A stretch of 64,000 nucleotides of DNA from contig CAVPLT010000004.1 in NCBI GenBank assembly GCA_963706325.1, positions 576,001 to 640,000 on the forward strand. The letters run 5' to 3'. The translations under genes and the position numbers were made by a program. The notes under the pieces were generated by a model. It did not search any database and was not told the DNA's origin. It saw only the letters and a program-made list of their open reading frames with translations. Shown here one piece after another: positions 20,473 through 30,493 of this stretch (positions within the stretch are counted from its first letter, which is position 1; every line of letters begins with the position of its first letter). This stretch comes from an uncultured Nitrospiraceae bacterium. GTDB taxonomy: Bacteria; Nitrospirota; Nitrospiria; Nitrospirales; Nitrospiraceae.

Positions 20473-21265
20473 ATGACTGATTTATCGCTGGCTTGTGAGT
20501 ATCGTCGATCTGCGGTTGGTGGGCAAGTGTTAAATAGGTGTTAAAACGCTGAGCGGCTTCCTTCAAGTCGCTCTCGTGGTAGCTGTTGTAGCGCTTAAAA
20601 ACCTCCAAGGTCTTATGCCCGGTGATTCGCATGATAGTCAGGTGGTCAATGCCAGCCCGCCTCATGTTCGTGACAGCGGTATGGCGGAAGTCGTGAAAGT
20701 GAAACCCTCCATCCCGGCTCGCCTGCAGGCCGCTTGGAATGCTGTTTTTACCGAGTGGACTGACTTTCCCTTCACTAAAAAGACATGTGCTTGATTCAAG
20801 TAGCGGATCTTATACAAGTCTTTTAGTCGGGCGGTCAAGTCGCTGGTCAGCGGAATAGCTCGAGCGTCATCGGCGAATAAGCCCGGCTCTCAGGTCGGCC
20901 TTATCCCAGGTGAGGTTGAGGATCTCCCCTCTTCGCATGCCAGTGTGATACGCCATCGCATTGATCGCTTGAAGGTGAGGGGAGGAGTGGAGTTGCAGCC
21001 TTTCAAACTCCTCGGGTGATAGCACACGGTCTCGGGCATTGTTGTCTTTCTCCATTTCACATGACGCATAGGATTCCGTTCTAGCCAGTTCTCCTTCAAC
21101 GCATATGAAAAAAGATGCTTGAGCAACGCCAAATCCCGGTTAACGGTCGATGTCTTGACAGAGACTCCCTTGTAACCTGGCTCCTACGGCGGGTGGCACG
21201 GTATTCTTTGATCATGGCGGGAGTGATAGTGGTGATGAGCCGGTCTCCATAGAGAGGTAGAAGCT
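20450..21265 (-). pseudogene. Tyrosine recombinase/integrase, N-terminally truncated and multiply frameshifted
   Basis: Fragments in different frames: TVNRDLALLKHLF, TGMRRGEILNLTW, FHDFRHTAVTNMRRAG, ITGHKT and FKRY (R/HxxR/H/Y catalytic set). Confidence 0.88.
20498..20526 (-). promoter_or_regulatory. Putative sigma-70 promoter for tRNA-Arg inside the integrase 3' end
   Basis: The minus strand reads TTGCCC-17 nt-GATACT, with the -10 box ending 25 nt before the tRNA 5' end. Confidence 0.5.
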
Positions 21266-21274
21266 TTCCATTTA

Positions 21275-21574
21275 CTAATTGGACCTTCCAAGCGTAAACG
21301 GCCTGTTGGGCTGCTGCCGGTTTATGCCCATCATCGGCCCTTCTTTGAATTTGAGATCGGAAAATGTGGCTCCGTTTAGATCGCCGCGGCCTTTCACATC
21401 GGTGAGCGACTCGGGAAATCCCATCCCACCATACACTCCGAAGTGAGATTCGGCGTGTGTACTCTTTAGTGGTTCGTCCTTATTTGAAGGATGATCTTCA
21501 GCGATGGCGGGAATAGCGAATATAACAACTAAGAGCGCTACGTACAAACAAATATTGATAGTCATCCCCCGCAT
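21275..21574 (-). pseudogene. 5' fragment of an outer-membrane beta-barrel precursor, truncated against the integrase remnant
   Basis: Signal peptide then HFGVYGGMGFP...SDLKFKEGPMMG (first barrel strands), ending abruptly. Confidence 0.5.
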
Positions 21575-21635
21575 GTGAAGTCCTTTCGAGATGAACTGTT
21601 AACGTTATCTGAGGCCGGGAACTTCCGAATCGCAT

Positions 21636-22295
21636 TTATAAAGAATGCTGAGCTTCCCGACGAAAGTAGCAAATGAACATGATCATCAATATTATTGAAA
21701 TGCCAAGCTCTGATGTTTCCTCTAGGATCTCGCAGTATCGGGAAATTCCCGTGTCCAGCTTTATGCCCATCCATGCGACTTTACGACCTAGCCCATCTAA
21801 CGTTAGGGAAGTAATAATCGACACTATCACTAGTAGCACCCCCACCGGACGGGCGGATCCTTTTTTGAGCTCCAACAAAAAGTCTGTTCGATGGTTTCTG
21901 ATGATCAGGAACACAATTGCCGCGCCAACAAGAATTATGATCACGCCCATAATCTTTTCATAAAACGGGATGTGCCCTCTAATGTAAAAACTCCCTCTTA
22001 AGATCGACTCGGTCGTGAATCTGGAATGAAAGTCAAGCTCTCTTAACCCGAAGATAACTGGCACCGAAGCCAAATAATAGTATTTCTTAACATATGCGAG
22101 TTTCCCTTGCATTACTAGATAGGCGAAGCATGAGAAATAGAGTATTACAGTAAGTGATTCCACCAATCCGCCTTCGCTTACGAACAGGCCTGTGGTGTAA
22201 TCATCGAATGTGCTGATCACTACAAACAGTAGCAGCACGATAATCATTGAATAGGCGTATAATCTTTTCTCTTCCATCTCTCTCAATAAATCCAT
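21636..22295 (-). CDS. Integral membrane hypothetical protein (low GC)
   Basis: About six hydrophobic segments, SEGGLVESLT, LRELDFH and EETSEL motifs, AT-rich codons. Confidence 0.75.
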   Translation of the reverse strand: MDLLREMEEKRLYAYSMIIVLLLFVVISTFDDYTTGLFVSEGGLVESLTVILYFSCFAYLVMQGKLAYVKKYYYLASVPVIFGLRELDFHSRFTTESILRGSFYIRGHIPFYEKIMGVIIILVGAAIVFLIIRNHRTDFLLELKKGSARPVGVLLVIVSIITSLTLDGLGRKVAWMGIKLDTGISRYCEILEETSELGISIILMIMFICYFRREAQHSL

Positions 22296-22601
22296 GTAAG
22301 TAGGCTATACCGTTATATCTGGCCGTAACTGTTAAGACTGAAAAGATGCTATTGGGTGGGGACCTAAGTCCTAGTAAGCGGCTGGCGAGCGTCGTCACGA
22401 GCTGTGGCTCAAGTCTGATTGTGATCGGGATTTGATCGCCACAGCAGCGGAGAACTGGTTGAAGAAAAAGAAAAGCAAGATTATGAAATTTTTACAACAG
22501 CCGCTTCCATAGTCTATTTTCCGCCGATGTCGTGGGTGTCCTAAAATCAAGGTAGCAGATTATCAGCTGCCGCGACTAGCTGGTTCTAGATTGTCGGTGT
22601 T

Positions 22602-23357
22602 TCAACGTTCCACCGGCTGTGGGATTTGGATCAACTGGTCGACGATCTTATCTAGGGGGCCATAGGATGAGGCCGTCTTGCCAGTCATGAAGTCTGCGAT
22701 GATACTTCCCATGGTGACTCGCGCCGTATCCTCGAAGTAGATTGGCTCCTGACCTATGGCTTCGCTCTCGAGGGCTCCCTCGGCCAGGGAGGTCCAAAGT
22801 AACTCGCCCGTCTGCATATCCCATAATTGCAATGATAGTCGCATGAAACTCGAACGAATACGGGAAATCTTCAAGGCAATAGGAGGAACCTCCCAACGAT
22901 CCTTCGTGATCTGCATGAACTCAATCAGTTTTGGTTGAAATACATAGCGGGTGCCGATTGCCATCCCCAACTTCTTGAGCGACCCGCCGTCCAATAGATG
23001 ACTCTGCATCGCCTCGTTTCTCATCCGTGTGTACTCATTTGCGAGATCGTTCCTGTTAATTAGACTGGCCGCTTCCTGCTGGGTGATGACCTTGAAGCTC
23101 GGTGCAACTGTTTTGAGAACTTGTGCGAGTATGGAATCTAAGCCCGTCTCACTGCCAACTAGTCTCGGCGGGGCTAGAGCTCCGAATATCGCAACAGGCT
23201 CCTGTTTGAGCACCGTCTGATTGAATGTCGGAGAAGTGGGGCTCGAATTAGTTCGGACATGCCATCCGTAGATGGAACTGGAGCATCCAGCGGTAAGCAC
23301 GACAATCAAAATGAGAGCTGCCTGCAGCAAAGCCAAGATCCGCAAGGTATCCTTCAA
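22602..23357 (-). CDS. Putative lipoprotein
   Basis: Hydrophobic signal with TAGC lipobox and LQLWDMQTGELLW (LpoB/CsgG-like C-terminal strand pattern). Confidence 0.7.
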   Translation of the reverse strand: MKDTLRILALLQAALILIVVLTAGCSSSIYGWHVRTNSSPTSPTFNQTVLKQEPVAIFGALAPPRLVGSETGLDSILAQVLKTVAPSFKVITQQEAASLINRNDLANEYTRMRNEAMQSHLLDGGSLKKLGMAIGTRYVFQPKLIEFMQITKDRWEVPPIALKISRIRSSFMRLSLQLWDMQTGELLWTSLAEGALESEAIGQEPIYFEDTARVTMGSIIADFMTGKTASSYGPLDKIVDQLIQIPQPVER

Positions 23358-23826
23358 TCTAACGATTCGGCGTAAGAGTCATTTTGCGTGACGAACCGCC
23401 ATTATGTTGTCTAGGTTGCAGCTATTCAAGACTCCCCTATGAGTCTGGTGCCTAAACACCGTGACCCACCATGATCCATGTTGACCTGTGCCATCAAATC
23501 CCACGTTTATGAGATGGGTCTTCTTGCTGAGTGTCCTAAGGTAAGTCTTCGGTGGGACTTTTAATCAGCGGCGTAGTTATGACGGCCCCGTACTCACAGG
23601 TCTTTTGTTTTCACCGCACATTTCCCATAGGAGTCCCATACCCAATGGCGATGGGGGGTGAACCGACGACCGGGGGGTAGGTGTTAGCCGAATGTTAGAA
23701 ATACAGACAAACCGGATGGAATTGGTACGAATTGCTGCTACTGGAAGTGAAGGCCTAACCTTGCTCCAACCGCTGTAGGAGCGGGGAGTGCCCAAGTCGT
23801 CAAGGACTTGAGCAACCCCCTCACGT

Positions 23827-23868
23827 TGATCCGTAGTCAGATGCTCTATCCCATTGAGCTACGGGCGC
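23827..23868 (-). pseudogene. Displaced 5' half of tRNA-Arg(ACG) (att site)
   Basis: GCGCCCGTAGCTCAATGGGATAGAGCATCTGACTACGGATCA, then unrelated sequence. An upstream TTGACC-18 nt-TACAAC promoter-like element lies at 23962-23933. Confidence 0.88.
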
Positions 23869-23982
23869 ATGGATCGCATGTGCAGGACCAGCCTGAGGGA
23901 CGTCTACCGAGCTAGCGCGAAACAGCTGCGCCGTTGTACAGCCTTGAGGAAAGACCGGTCAAGCCGTCATTCACCCGTCTGC

Positions 23983-25661
23983 TCAGAACACGCTCCTACT
24001 CAACTCCGACGAAGGCGAACTTTCATTACCGCTCTTGTCGTAAGCGGTCACGACGAAGAAATACGTGGAGCCTAACGGCAATGTCAGTCGCGTCGATGTG
24101 ACATTGCCCACGTCGAACGCCTGCGCGCGCGAGCCGGATGACGTCCCGACATACACACGATACCCTTGAAGGTCTGCTTCCTGATTCGCAGTCCACGAGA
24201 CAGTGACGGTTCCCGTTGCGCCCGTGGGTGGCGGAGGCGGTGTGACGCCGCCGACCGGGGAGGGTGGGGGTGGCGGCGGTGTCGTGCCGGTGGCCGTGAC
24301 GGTAAGGGAGACGGGGATGCGCAAGGTTTGCGATCCGTTAGGGCCGCTCTCACTGATATAGACCACACCCGAATAGGAGCCCACGTTCATGGCGGCAGTG
24401 TTGACGGTCACCGAAATCGGGTCGACTTCGGTCGTGATTGTTTGCGTGCTTCCATAGGGCGGATTGAGGGAGGTCCAGGATTGGTTCGCGCTGATGCTGT
24501 AACTGCTTTGCTGCGTACTGGACTTTTGCAGGTTGAAGATTCCCGTGGCGGTTGAGCCTTTCGGCACTGTAAGGGAGACGACCGACGGGAATGCCTGCAG
24601 CATGGGCGTCAGTGAACCACTTGGTGGTGGCGGCGGCGGGGTTGCCGGGGGCGGCGGAGTGGTCGAGGGCGGGGGCGGCGGGGTGGTTGACGGGGGCGGC
24701 GGAGGTGTCGTCGAAGGAGGGGGTGGCGGCGGCGCAGTCGTGCCGGTGGCCGTCACGGTGAGGGAGACCGGGATGCGCAAGGTTTGCGATCCGTTAGGGC
24801 CGCTTTCGACGATATAAACGACACCCGAATAGGAGCCCACGTTCATGGCGGCAGTGTTGACGGTCACTGAGATGGGGTCGACTTCGCTCGTAATCGTTTG
24901 CGTGCTTCCATAGGGCGGATTGAGAGCGGTCCAGGATTGATTCGCACTGATGCTGTAACTGCTTTGCTGCGAAGCTGGACTTTTGCAGGTTGAAGATTCC
25001 AGACGCAGTGGCGCCTTTCGGGGCCACCAGCGACAAGGCCGCCGGAAAGGCCTGGATCATGGGCGTCAAGGAGCCGCTTGGGGGCGGGGGCGGCGGGGTC
25101 GCCGGAGGCGGCGGCGGCGTCGAAGGCGGGGGCGGCGGCGGTGTAGTTGACGGGCGGCGGCGGCGGTGTCGTCGAGGGAGGGGGTGGCGGCGGGGTGCTG
25201 CCGGCTGCGGTCACGGTGGCCGTCACGGGGATACGCCACGTGGTCGAGACACCGGGGCCGGACTGGCCGATATAGATGGTGCCCGAATAGCTACCAGCCG
25301 ACAATCCCATCGAGGCAGCATTCACGGTGACCGTCAGCACATCGGTCTCGGTAGAAATCGTCTGCGTGCTGCCGTAGGGTGGATTCAACCAAATCCAGGA
25401 TTGGTTGGCGCTGATGAAGTAGGTATGCTGCGCCGTGTCGGATTTTTTGAGACTTAAGGTAGCAGTGCCGGTGCCTCCTTGAGGCACAGTGAGGGAGACG
25501 GCGCTCGGCGTAAATTGAATATTCTGTGCGAACGCGAATGGTCCTCCCGCAGTCGCATCCACCAGCCCAAGCAGCAGCATGAGGCACACAATATTTCCTA
25601 GAGCGCGTGTTCTCACACTTCGTGGTGGAAGGGCGTTGAGTGCTGCGGGCAGGTCGGTCAT
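23983..25661 (-). CDS. Exported Pro-rich protein with three BACON-like Ig domains and a C-terminal FN3 domain; two +1 frameshifts (about 25151 and 24974)
   Basis: Three ORF pieces join into 559 codons if single extra bases, absent from the paralog at 27706-28920, are removed. ISANQSW...LTVTVN repeats, PPPPSTT linkers and WTANQEADLQGYRVY...TYFFVVTAYD FN3. Confidence 0.8.
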
Positions 25662-26167
25662 GGTGGGTACTCCCTTAGGTGTTTTTCTGAAAGTGGAAAA
25701 TGCAATCGCCTGTTGGTCAGCAACAGTCGTGCCACCGTCACTAATGCCGGTGTTGAGCTTAGTTGTTTGTCGGGAATCACTCAGCAGAATTCGGTGAGAT
25801 TCCGGACAGGGACGAAGGTATGGCCAGACCCTAACGAAAGAAGGACGAATAGGCAAGTAAAAATTTAACATCGTGCAGGTAGGCTCCTTGGAAATAACCG
25901 GTAGAACAGCTCCGTCCATTTACGCAGCCTGTATGACTTCGGCACCTCATTGCACAAAATCGAAAACATAAAAGCGTCGACAGTCGCTTGATCAACTTAG
26001 GAAGTCATACCAAGGCCGGAGGGTTTGAGTCATCTCCATCGCGATGCGCAGAAACTTGTTGACCGTCATCGGCAGCTGATGTATCTGTGTGCGCGCTTTG
26101 ATGGAATACGTAGTCGCCGAGTGAGGTGGAACATGGGATCGCGACCAGACTAGGAACAAAGGAGTCG

Positions 26168-27205
26168 ATGGATATGATCGAACTGCGATATTTGGTCTGC
26201 GTGGTAGTCCTGTGCCTGGCTGGGTACGACGCCCCGCTGGTTGCGGCTGAGGTCGCTCCGGTCCAATCCTCTTCCGTCCAGCGATTCGATCTCGGGATTT
26301 CCGAATGGTTCAGTCAAGGTGAAACGGTGTGGAGCCATAACGCCTCCGGCCTAGATCCGAATCTGGGAAATCCGAGCTCGAAGCTCAAATACAACGATAC
26401 AGGCACGAACGTCACCGAGATCACGGGACGAGTGCAATTGAAGAATAAGGTATTTCTGCGTGGAGCGTTCGGCTATGGCTCCATCGGCGGAGGACGTCTG
26501 ACTGACGACGACTTTCTGAGTGCGCAAGGCGCGGCGTCCCAAGGCGCCACGGTCAGTGGGGAACATCGGTTTTCGCGAACCTATAGCGACATCGGCGGCA
26601 ACAACCTCTGGTACCTCAACGGTGATATCGGCGTGACGACGCATACCTTCCAAGAGAATAAGGGACGCGCTGGGATGTTTGTGGGATTGCAGTATTGGCG
26701 TGAGCAGCATGTGGCCACAGGTGTGACGCAAGCAGAGTGCACGACGGCCTCGTCCCCGAGTTCAGAGTTTCGGTGTTCACCGGCCGGAACAGTGGGATTT
26801 CGCAATCAGACGGTAGTCACGAACACGACGACCTGGCTCTCGGGACGATTTGGCGGTGAAGTCGAGTATAAAATCGATCCGCGTGTCAGCTTGGAAGCCA
26901 AAGCCGCGCTGCTCTTATCCTATCTTAATAATGAGGATGTGCATCACCTGCGGACCGACTTGGCGCAGGACCCAAGCTTTCGGATGACCGGCCTTGGCAT
27001 CGGAACCAATACCGATGTGAATCTTCGTGTCCGGATTTTGGATCGACTCTATCTCACGGGTGGCTATCGAGTGTGGTGGAACCGCGTACTCACTGCAGAT
27101 CAGTGGAAACTCTATGGCGCGGACGGGTCGTCGGCTACTGCCCCCCTGACCCAGTTTCAAACCCTTCGGCACGGACCCACCATCGGGCTGACCTATTCTT
27201 TTTAG
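26168..27205 (+). CDS. Outer-membrane beta-barrel protein, possibly omptin-like
   Basis: Signal peptide, amphipathic strands, SKLKY...G.LTDDDF motif and C-terminal GLTYSF (Bam signal). RBS AAGGAG. Confidence 0.75.
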   Translation: MDMIELRYLVCVVVLCLAGYDAPLVAAEVAPVQSSSVQRFDLGISEWFSQGETVWSHNASGLDPNLGNPSSKLKYNDTGTNVTEITGRVQLKNKVFLRGAFGYGSIGGGRLTDDDFLSAQGAASQGATVSGEHRFSRTYSDIGGNNLWYLNGDIGVTTHTFQENKGRAGMFVGLQYWREQHVATGVTQAECTTASSPSSEFRCSPAGTVGFRNQTVVTNTTTWLSGRFGGEVEYKIDPRVSLEAKAALLLSYLNNEDVHHLRTDLAQDPSFRMTGLGIGTNTDVNLRVRILDRLYLTGGYRVWWNRVLTADQWKLYGADGSSATAPLTQFQTLRHGPTIGLTYSF

Positions 27206-27338
27206 CCCCCGAAAAAACCGTACCCAGCGGCCGCACTATTTAATTCGTGCTCAGGAGTGCGAGCCCTAACTGCTTCAATCCATATAGGCAAAGACTTGGT
27301 TGGTCTGGCTTGCGTTCCGACGAATGATCCGTACTGAT

Positions 27339-27563
27339 TCAGCGTGATCGGGAAGGGCCGGTTTCTTCTTCGTACTCGGCGAACAGCCGTTTGGCTTCGG
27401 GGTGAAGCAAGTGCTGATGTCCATAACGGACTCCGGCGGTACGAACGACGTCACAAGACCGGTGCTGCCGCGCGGAAATGAGCCGGGACGATCGTCGTCA
27501 TGGGCGATGCTCGCCATATTAGCGGCGAGCAAGGGCGGATCGATGGTGCCGAACGGTTCAGCT
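27339..27563 (-). pseudogene. Chimeric remnant of the two helicase genes (deletion scar)
   Basis: 27339-27445 matches 29423-29530 and 27448-27563 matches 30787-30900, with scattered substitutions. Confidence 0.88.
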
Positions 27564-27705
27564 TTGGGTTGGCAATCTCACACTATCTGACTTGGACTCT
27601 GCGTGCGAGTACAGGTTCGCTTCAAGCCGTCAGTGTAGCTATTCATTTTGCAGCGGACATTAACCCCACCTACACTGGTTTTAGTGACTCTGCACAGAGG
27701 GCCTA

Positions 27706-28920
27706 TCAATAAATACTCTTGCTGACCTCGTTCGAGTACGGGCTTTCACTGCCACTCGTACTATAGCTGGTCACGACAAAGTAATAGGTAGTCCCCAGGG
27801 TGAGATTGCTCGCCACGTAGGCAGTCACATTCCCAATATCCAGGGGTGTTCCATAACGCCCCGAAGCTGTCCCCATATACAATTTATACCCGGCCAGATT
27901 CGTGCCGGTCACGGGGCTCCAACTGAGCGACGCCTTGGTACTAGACGGGGGTGGTGGGGGTGGAGGTGTGGTCGAAGGTGGTGGCGATGGCGGCGGCGTG
28001 GTGCCGGCCGCCGTGACGGAGAGCGCTACGGGGATGCGCAAGGTTTGTGATCCGTTGGGGCCGCTCTCCACGATATAGACGATGCCCGAGTAGGTCCCCA
28101 CGTTCATGGTTGACGTATTGACCGACACGGTGATGGGGTCGACTTCGCTAGTAATCGTTTGCGTGCTTCCATAGGGCGGATTGAGGGAGGTCCAGGATTG
28201 GTTCGCGCTGATGCTGTAACTACTTTGTTGCGAACTGGACTTTTGCAGATTGAAGATCCCAGACGCAGTGGCGCCCTTGGGGGCCGACAGTGATAGGGCC
28301 GCCGGGAAGGCCTGGAGCAACGGCTTCAGTGAGCCGCTTGGGGGCGGGGGCGGCGGGGACGCCGGAGGCGGGGGGGTGGTCGAAGGCGGGGGAGGCGGCG
28401 GTGTAGTTGAGGGCGGCGGCGGCGGTGTCGTCGAGGGTGGTGGGGGCGGCGGGGTGCTGCCGGCTGCGGTCACGGTAGCCGTCACGGGGATACGCCACGT
28501 GGTCGAGACACCGGGGCCGGATTGGCCGATATAGATGGTGCCTGAATAGCTACCAGCCGACAGTCCCATCGAGGCAGCATTCACGGTGACCGTCAGCACA
28601 TCGGTTTCGGTAGAAATCGTCTGCGTGCTGCCGTAGGGTGGATTCAACCAAATCCAGGATTGGCTGGCGCTGATGAAGTAGGTATGCTGCGCCGTGTCGG
28701 ATTTTTTGAGGCTTAAAGTAGCGGTGCCGGTGCCTCCTTGAGGCACAGTGAGGGAGACGGCGCTCGGCGTAAACTGGATATTCTGTGCGAATGCGAATGG
28801 TCCTCCCGCAGTCGCATCCACCAGCCCAAGCAGGAGCATGAGGCACGCAATATTTCCTGGAGCGCGTGTTCTCACACTTCGTGGTGGAAGTGAGTTGAGT
28901 GCTGCGGGCAGGTCGGTCAT
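27706..28920 (-). CDS. Exported Pro-rich protein with two BACON-like domains and a C-terminal FN3 domain (intact paralog)
   Basis: 404 aa from MTDLPAA with RBS AAGGGAG. N-terminal two-thirds nearly identical to 23983-25661. Confidence 0.88.
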   Translation of the reverse strand: MTDLPAALNSLPPRSVRTRAPGNIACLMLLLGLVDATAGGPFAFAQNIQFTPSAVSLTVPQGGTGTATLSLKKSDTAQHTYFISASQSWIWLNPPYGSTQTISTETDVLTVTVNAASMGLSAGSYSGTIYIGQSGPGVSTTWRIPVTATVTAAGSTPPPPPPSTTPPPPPSTTPPPPPPSTTPPPPASPPPPPPSGSLKPLLQAFPAALSLSAPKGATASGIFNLQKSSSQQSSYSISANQSWTSLNPPYGSTQTITSEVDPITVSVNTSTMNVGTYSGIVYIVESGPNGSQTLRIPVALSVTAAGTTPPPSPPPSTTPPPPPPPSSTKASLSWSPVTGTNLAGYKLYMGTASGRYGTPLDIGNVTAYVASNLTLGTTYYFVVTSYSTSGSESPYSNEVSKSIY

Positions 28921-29422
28921 GGTGGGTACTCCCTTAGGTGTTTTTCTGAAATGGAAAATGCAATCGCTTGTTGGTGAGCAACAGTCGTGCACTGCAACTC
29001 TCTTCGGGTTACGATTGGTTGTTTGTCGGGAATAGCTCAGCGGGTTAGTTGAGAACCCGTGAGGATACATGTCGGAGCCGACCCTAAGGGAACAAAACAG
29101 AATACGCAAGGATAATTTTACCTCCTCCCATGGATCTCGCGTGGAGAGAATTCCCGTGGGAAGTGCCGCAGCGATTGTGCGAACTGTAGGGAATCGATGC
29201 TTCCTTCGTACAAAAGCGGAATGATCGCGATTCGAAGCAGAGGATTCCCACTGGTATCCATCAGGATGGGTCGCAGGTGTTCGTCGTAACGAATATCCGG
29301 CCGGGTGAGAAAGATGTTGAACTGCTCGGCAGGTAGGGGATTAGTGGATGAGCTGTTTCGGCTGAGATACATAGTCTCGTGGCGGTATAGGCATGAGCTA
29401 TTGACTGGACAACAAAGGGGGG

Positions 29423-30493
29423 TCAGCGTGATCGGGAAGGGCCGGTTTCTTCTTCGTACTCGGCGAACAGCCGTTTAGCTTCGGGGTGAAGCAAGTGGGG
29501 ATGTCCGTAGGGGATGCCGGCGGTACGAAACAACGGGGTCAACTTTTCGTTTGGGTGCAGATAGCCCGCGCGTAGTGGCACCGAACGTTTAGTATGGCGA
29601 ATGAGCGAGCATGGCGTGGGCCGGATGGCGCTCAACCAATCGGCAATATCCTGGGGATTTCCAATCGACGCGGACAGGAGGAGGAGCCGCGCTTGCGACG
29701 GACAGAAAATCAACGTTTCTTCCCATACCACGCCGCGTTCAGGGTCGGCCAAATACTGTGATTCATCCATAATGACCAATCCGAGGGTGTCAAGGCGGAC
29801 ATCGATCTCTCCTCCCGCCGCATCGTAGAGCAGATTGCGGAGGATTTCGGTGGTCATGATCAACAGCGATGCTTGCGCGTTTTCGCGGCGGTCACCTGTC
29901 AGAATACCTACTTGGTCGGGGCCGAACAAACGAGAGAACTCCGTGAATTTCGTGTTGGACAGGGCCTTCAACGGCGAGGTGTAAATGACGGTGCGGTTCT
30001 CTTGCATCGCGCGCCTCGTCGCTTCAATGGCGACATAGGTTTTCCCACTTCCTGTAGGGACGCTGACGACGACGTCGGTTTCAGCGAGCCGAGCGAGCGC
30101 ATCCACCTGCCATGCATCCGGCACAAAGGGCTGCGGGGCCGGGACGCCGATGCCTGACAGCCACTCGTGGAGTGAGACGGGCGCTTCATGATGTCCATGA
30201 TCGTCAGTCTTGTGAGGATGCGGTGCCGTGGGGGATGCCACGGGTCTCGATTTCGCCGATGCCCGAGGCGTTGTCTCGACCTGCGCTGCCGGTCGACGGT
30301 GCGTCTGTTCTTCGATCAAGGCCGCCAAATCAGATTCCAGGCCGGCACGGTTCGCTTCGGAAGCTTGCAGCAGGAGATCGACAAGCTTGCGTTTGCCTGA
30401 CCGAAAGTGCCGGCTGATGCGTCCGCGCGCAAGTCGATGCAGCAGAGAGACGGGTTGCTGAAGTAAGATCTGCTCCAATTCGCGCGTCGTCAT
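29423..30493 (-). CDS. Ski2/HelY-like SF2 helicase, RecA1 (ATP-binding) half only
   Basis: PDAWQ (Q motif), VPTGSGKT, TSPLKALSN, ILTGD, MTTEILRN, IMDESQ and LLSAS. Motifs IV-VI are absent. ATGA overlap with the upstream gene. Confidence 0.9.
   Translation of the reverse strand: MTTRELEQILLQQPVSLLHRLARGRISRHFRSGKRKLVDLLLQASEANRAGLESDLAALIEEQTHRRPAAQVETTPRASAKSRPVASPTAPHPHKTDDHGHHEAPVSLHEWLSGIGVPAPQPFVPDAWQVDALARLAETDVVVSVPTGSGKTYVAIEATRRAMQENRTVIYTSPLKALSNTKFTEFSRLFGPDQVGILTGDRRENAQASLLIMTTEILRNLLYDAAGGEIDVRLDTLGLVIMDESQYLADPERGVVWEETLIFCPSQARLLLLSASIGNPQDIADWLSAIRPTPCSLIRHTKRSVPLRAGYLHPNEKLTPLFRTAGIPYGHPHLLHPEAKRLFAEYEEETGPSRSR

Larger units (their letters stand above)
20431..23871. mobile_element. 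Remnant genomic island B, duplicating the 5' half of tRNA-Arg
   Basis: 45-bp direct repeat (20431-20475 vs 23827-23871, one mismatch), integrase remnant at one end, and visibly AT-richer cargo. Confidence 0.8.

Noticed and set aside
23795..23826. Degenerate tRNA 3' half next to the displaced 5' half (aggacttga match)
   Set aside because: Only 9 nt match and the spacing is wrong, so no cloverleaf can be built.
24960..25160. Phase variation of the BACON gene by slipped-strand mispairing
   Set aside because: Both frameshifts are single inserted bases outside a homopolymer or repeat-unit change.
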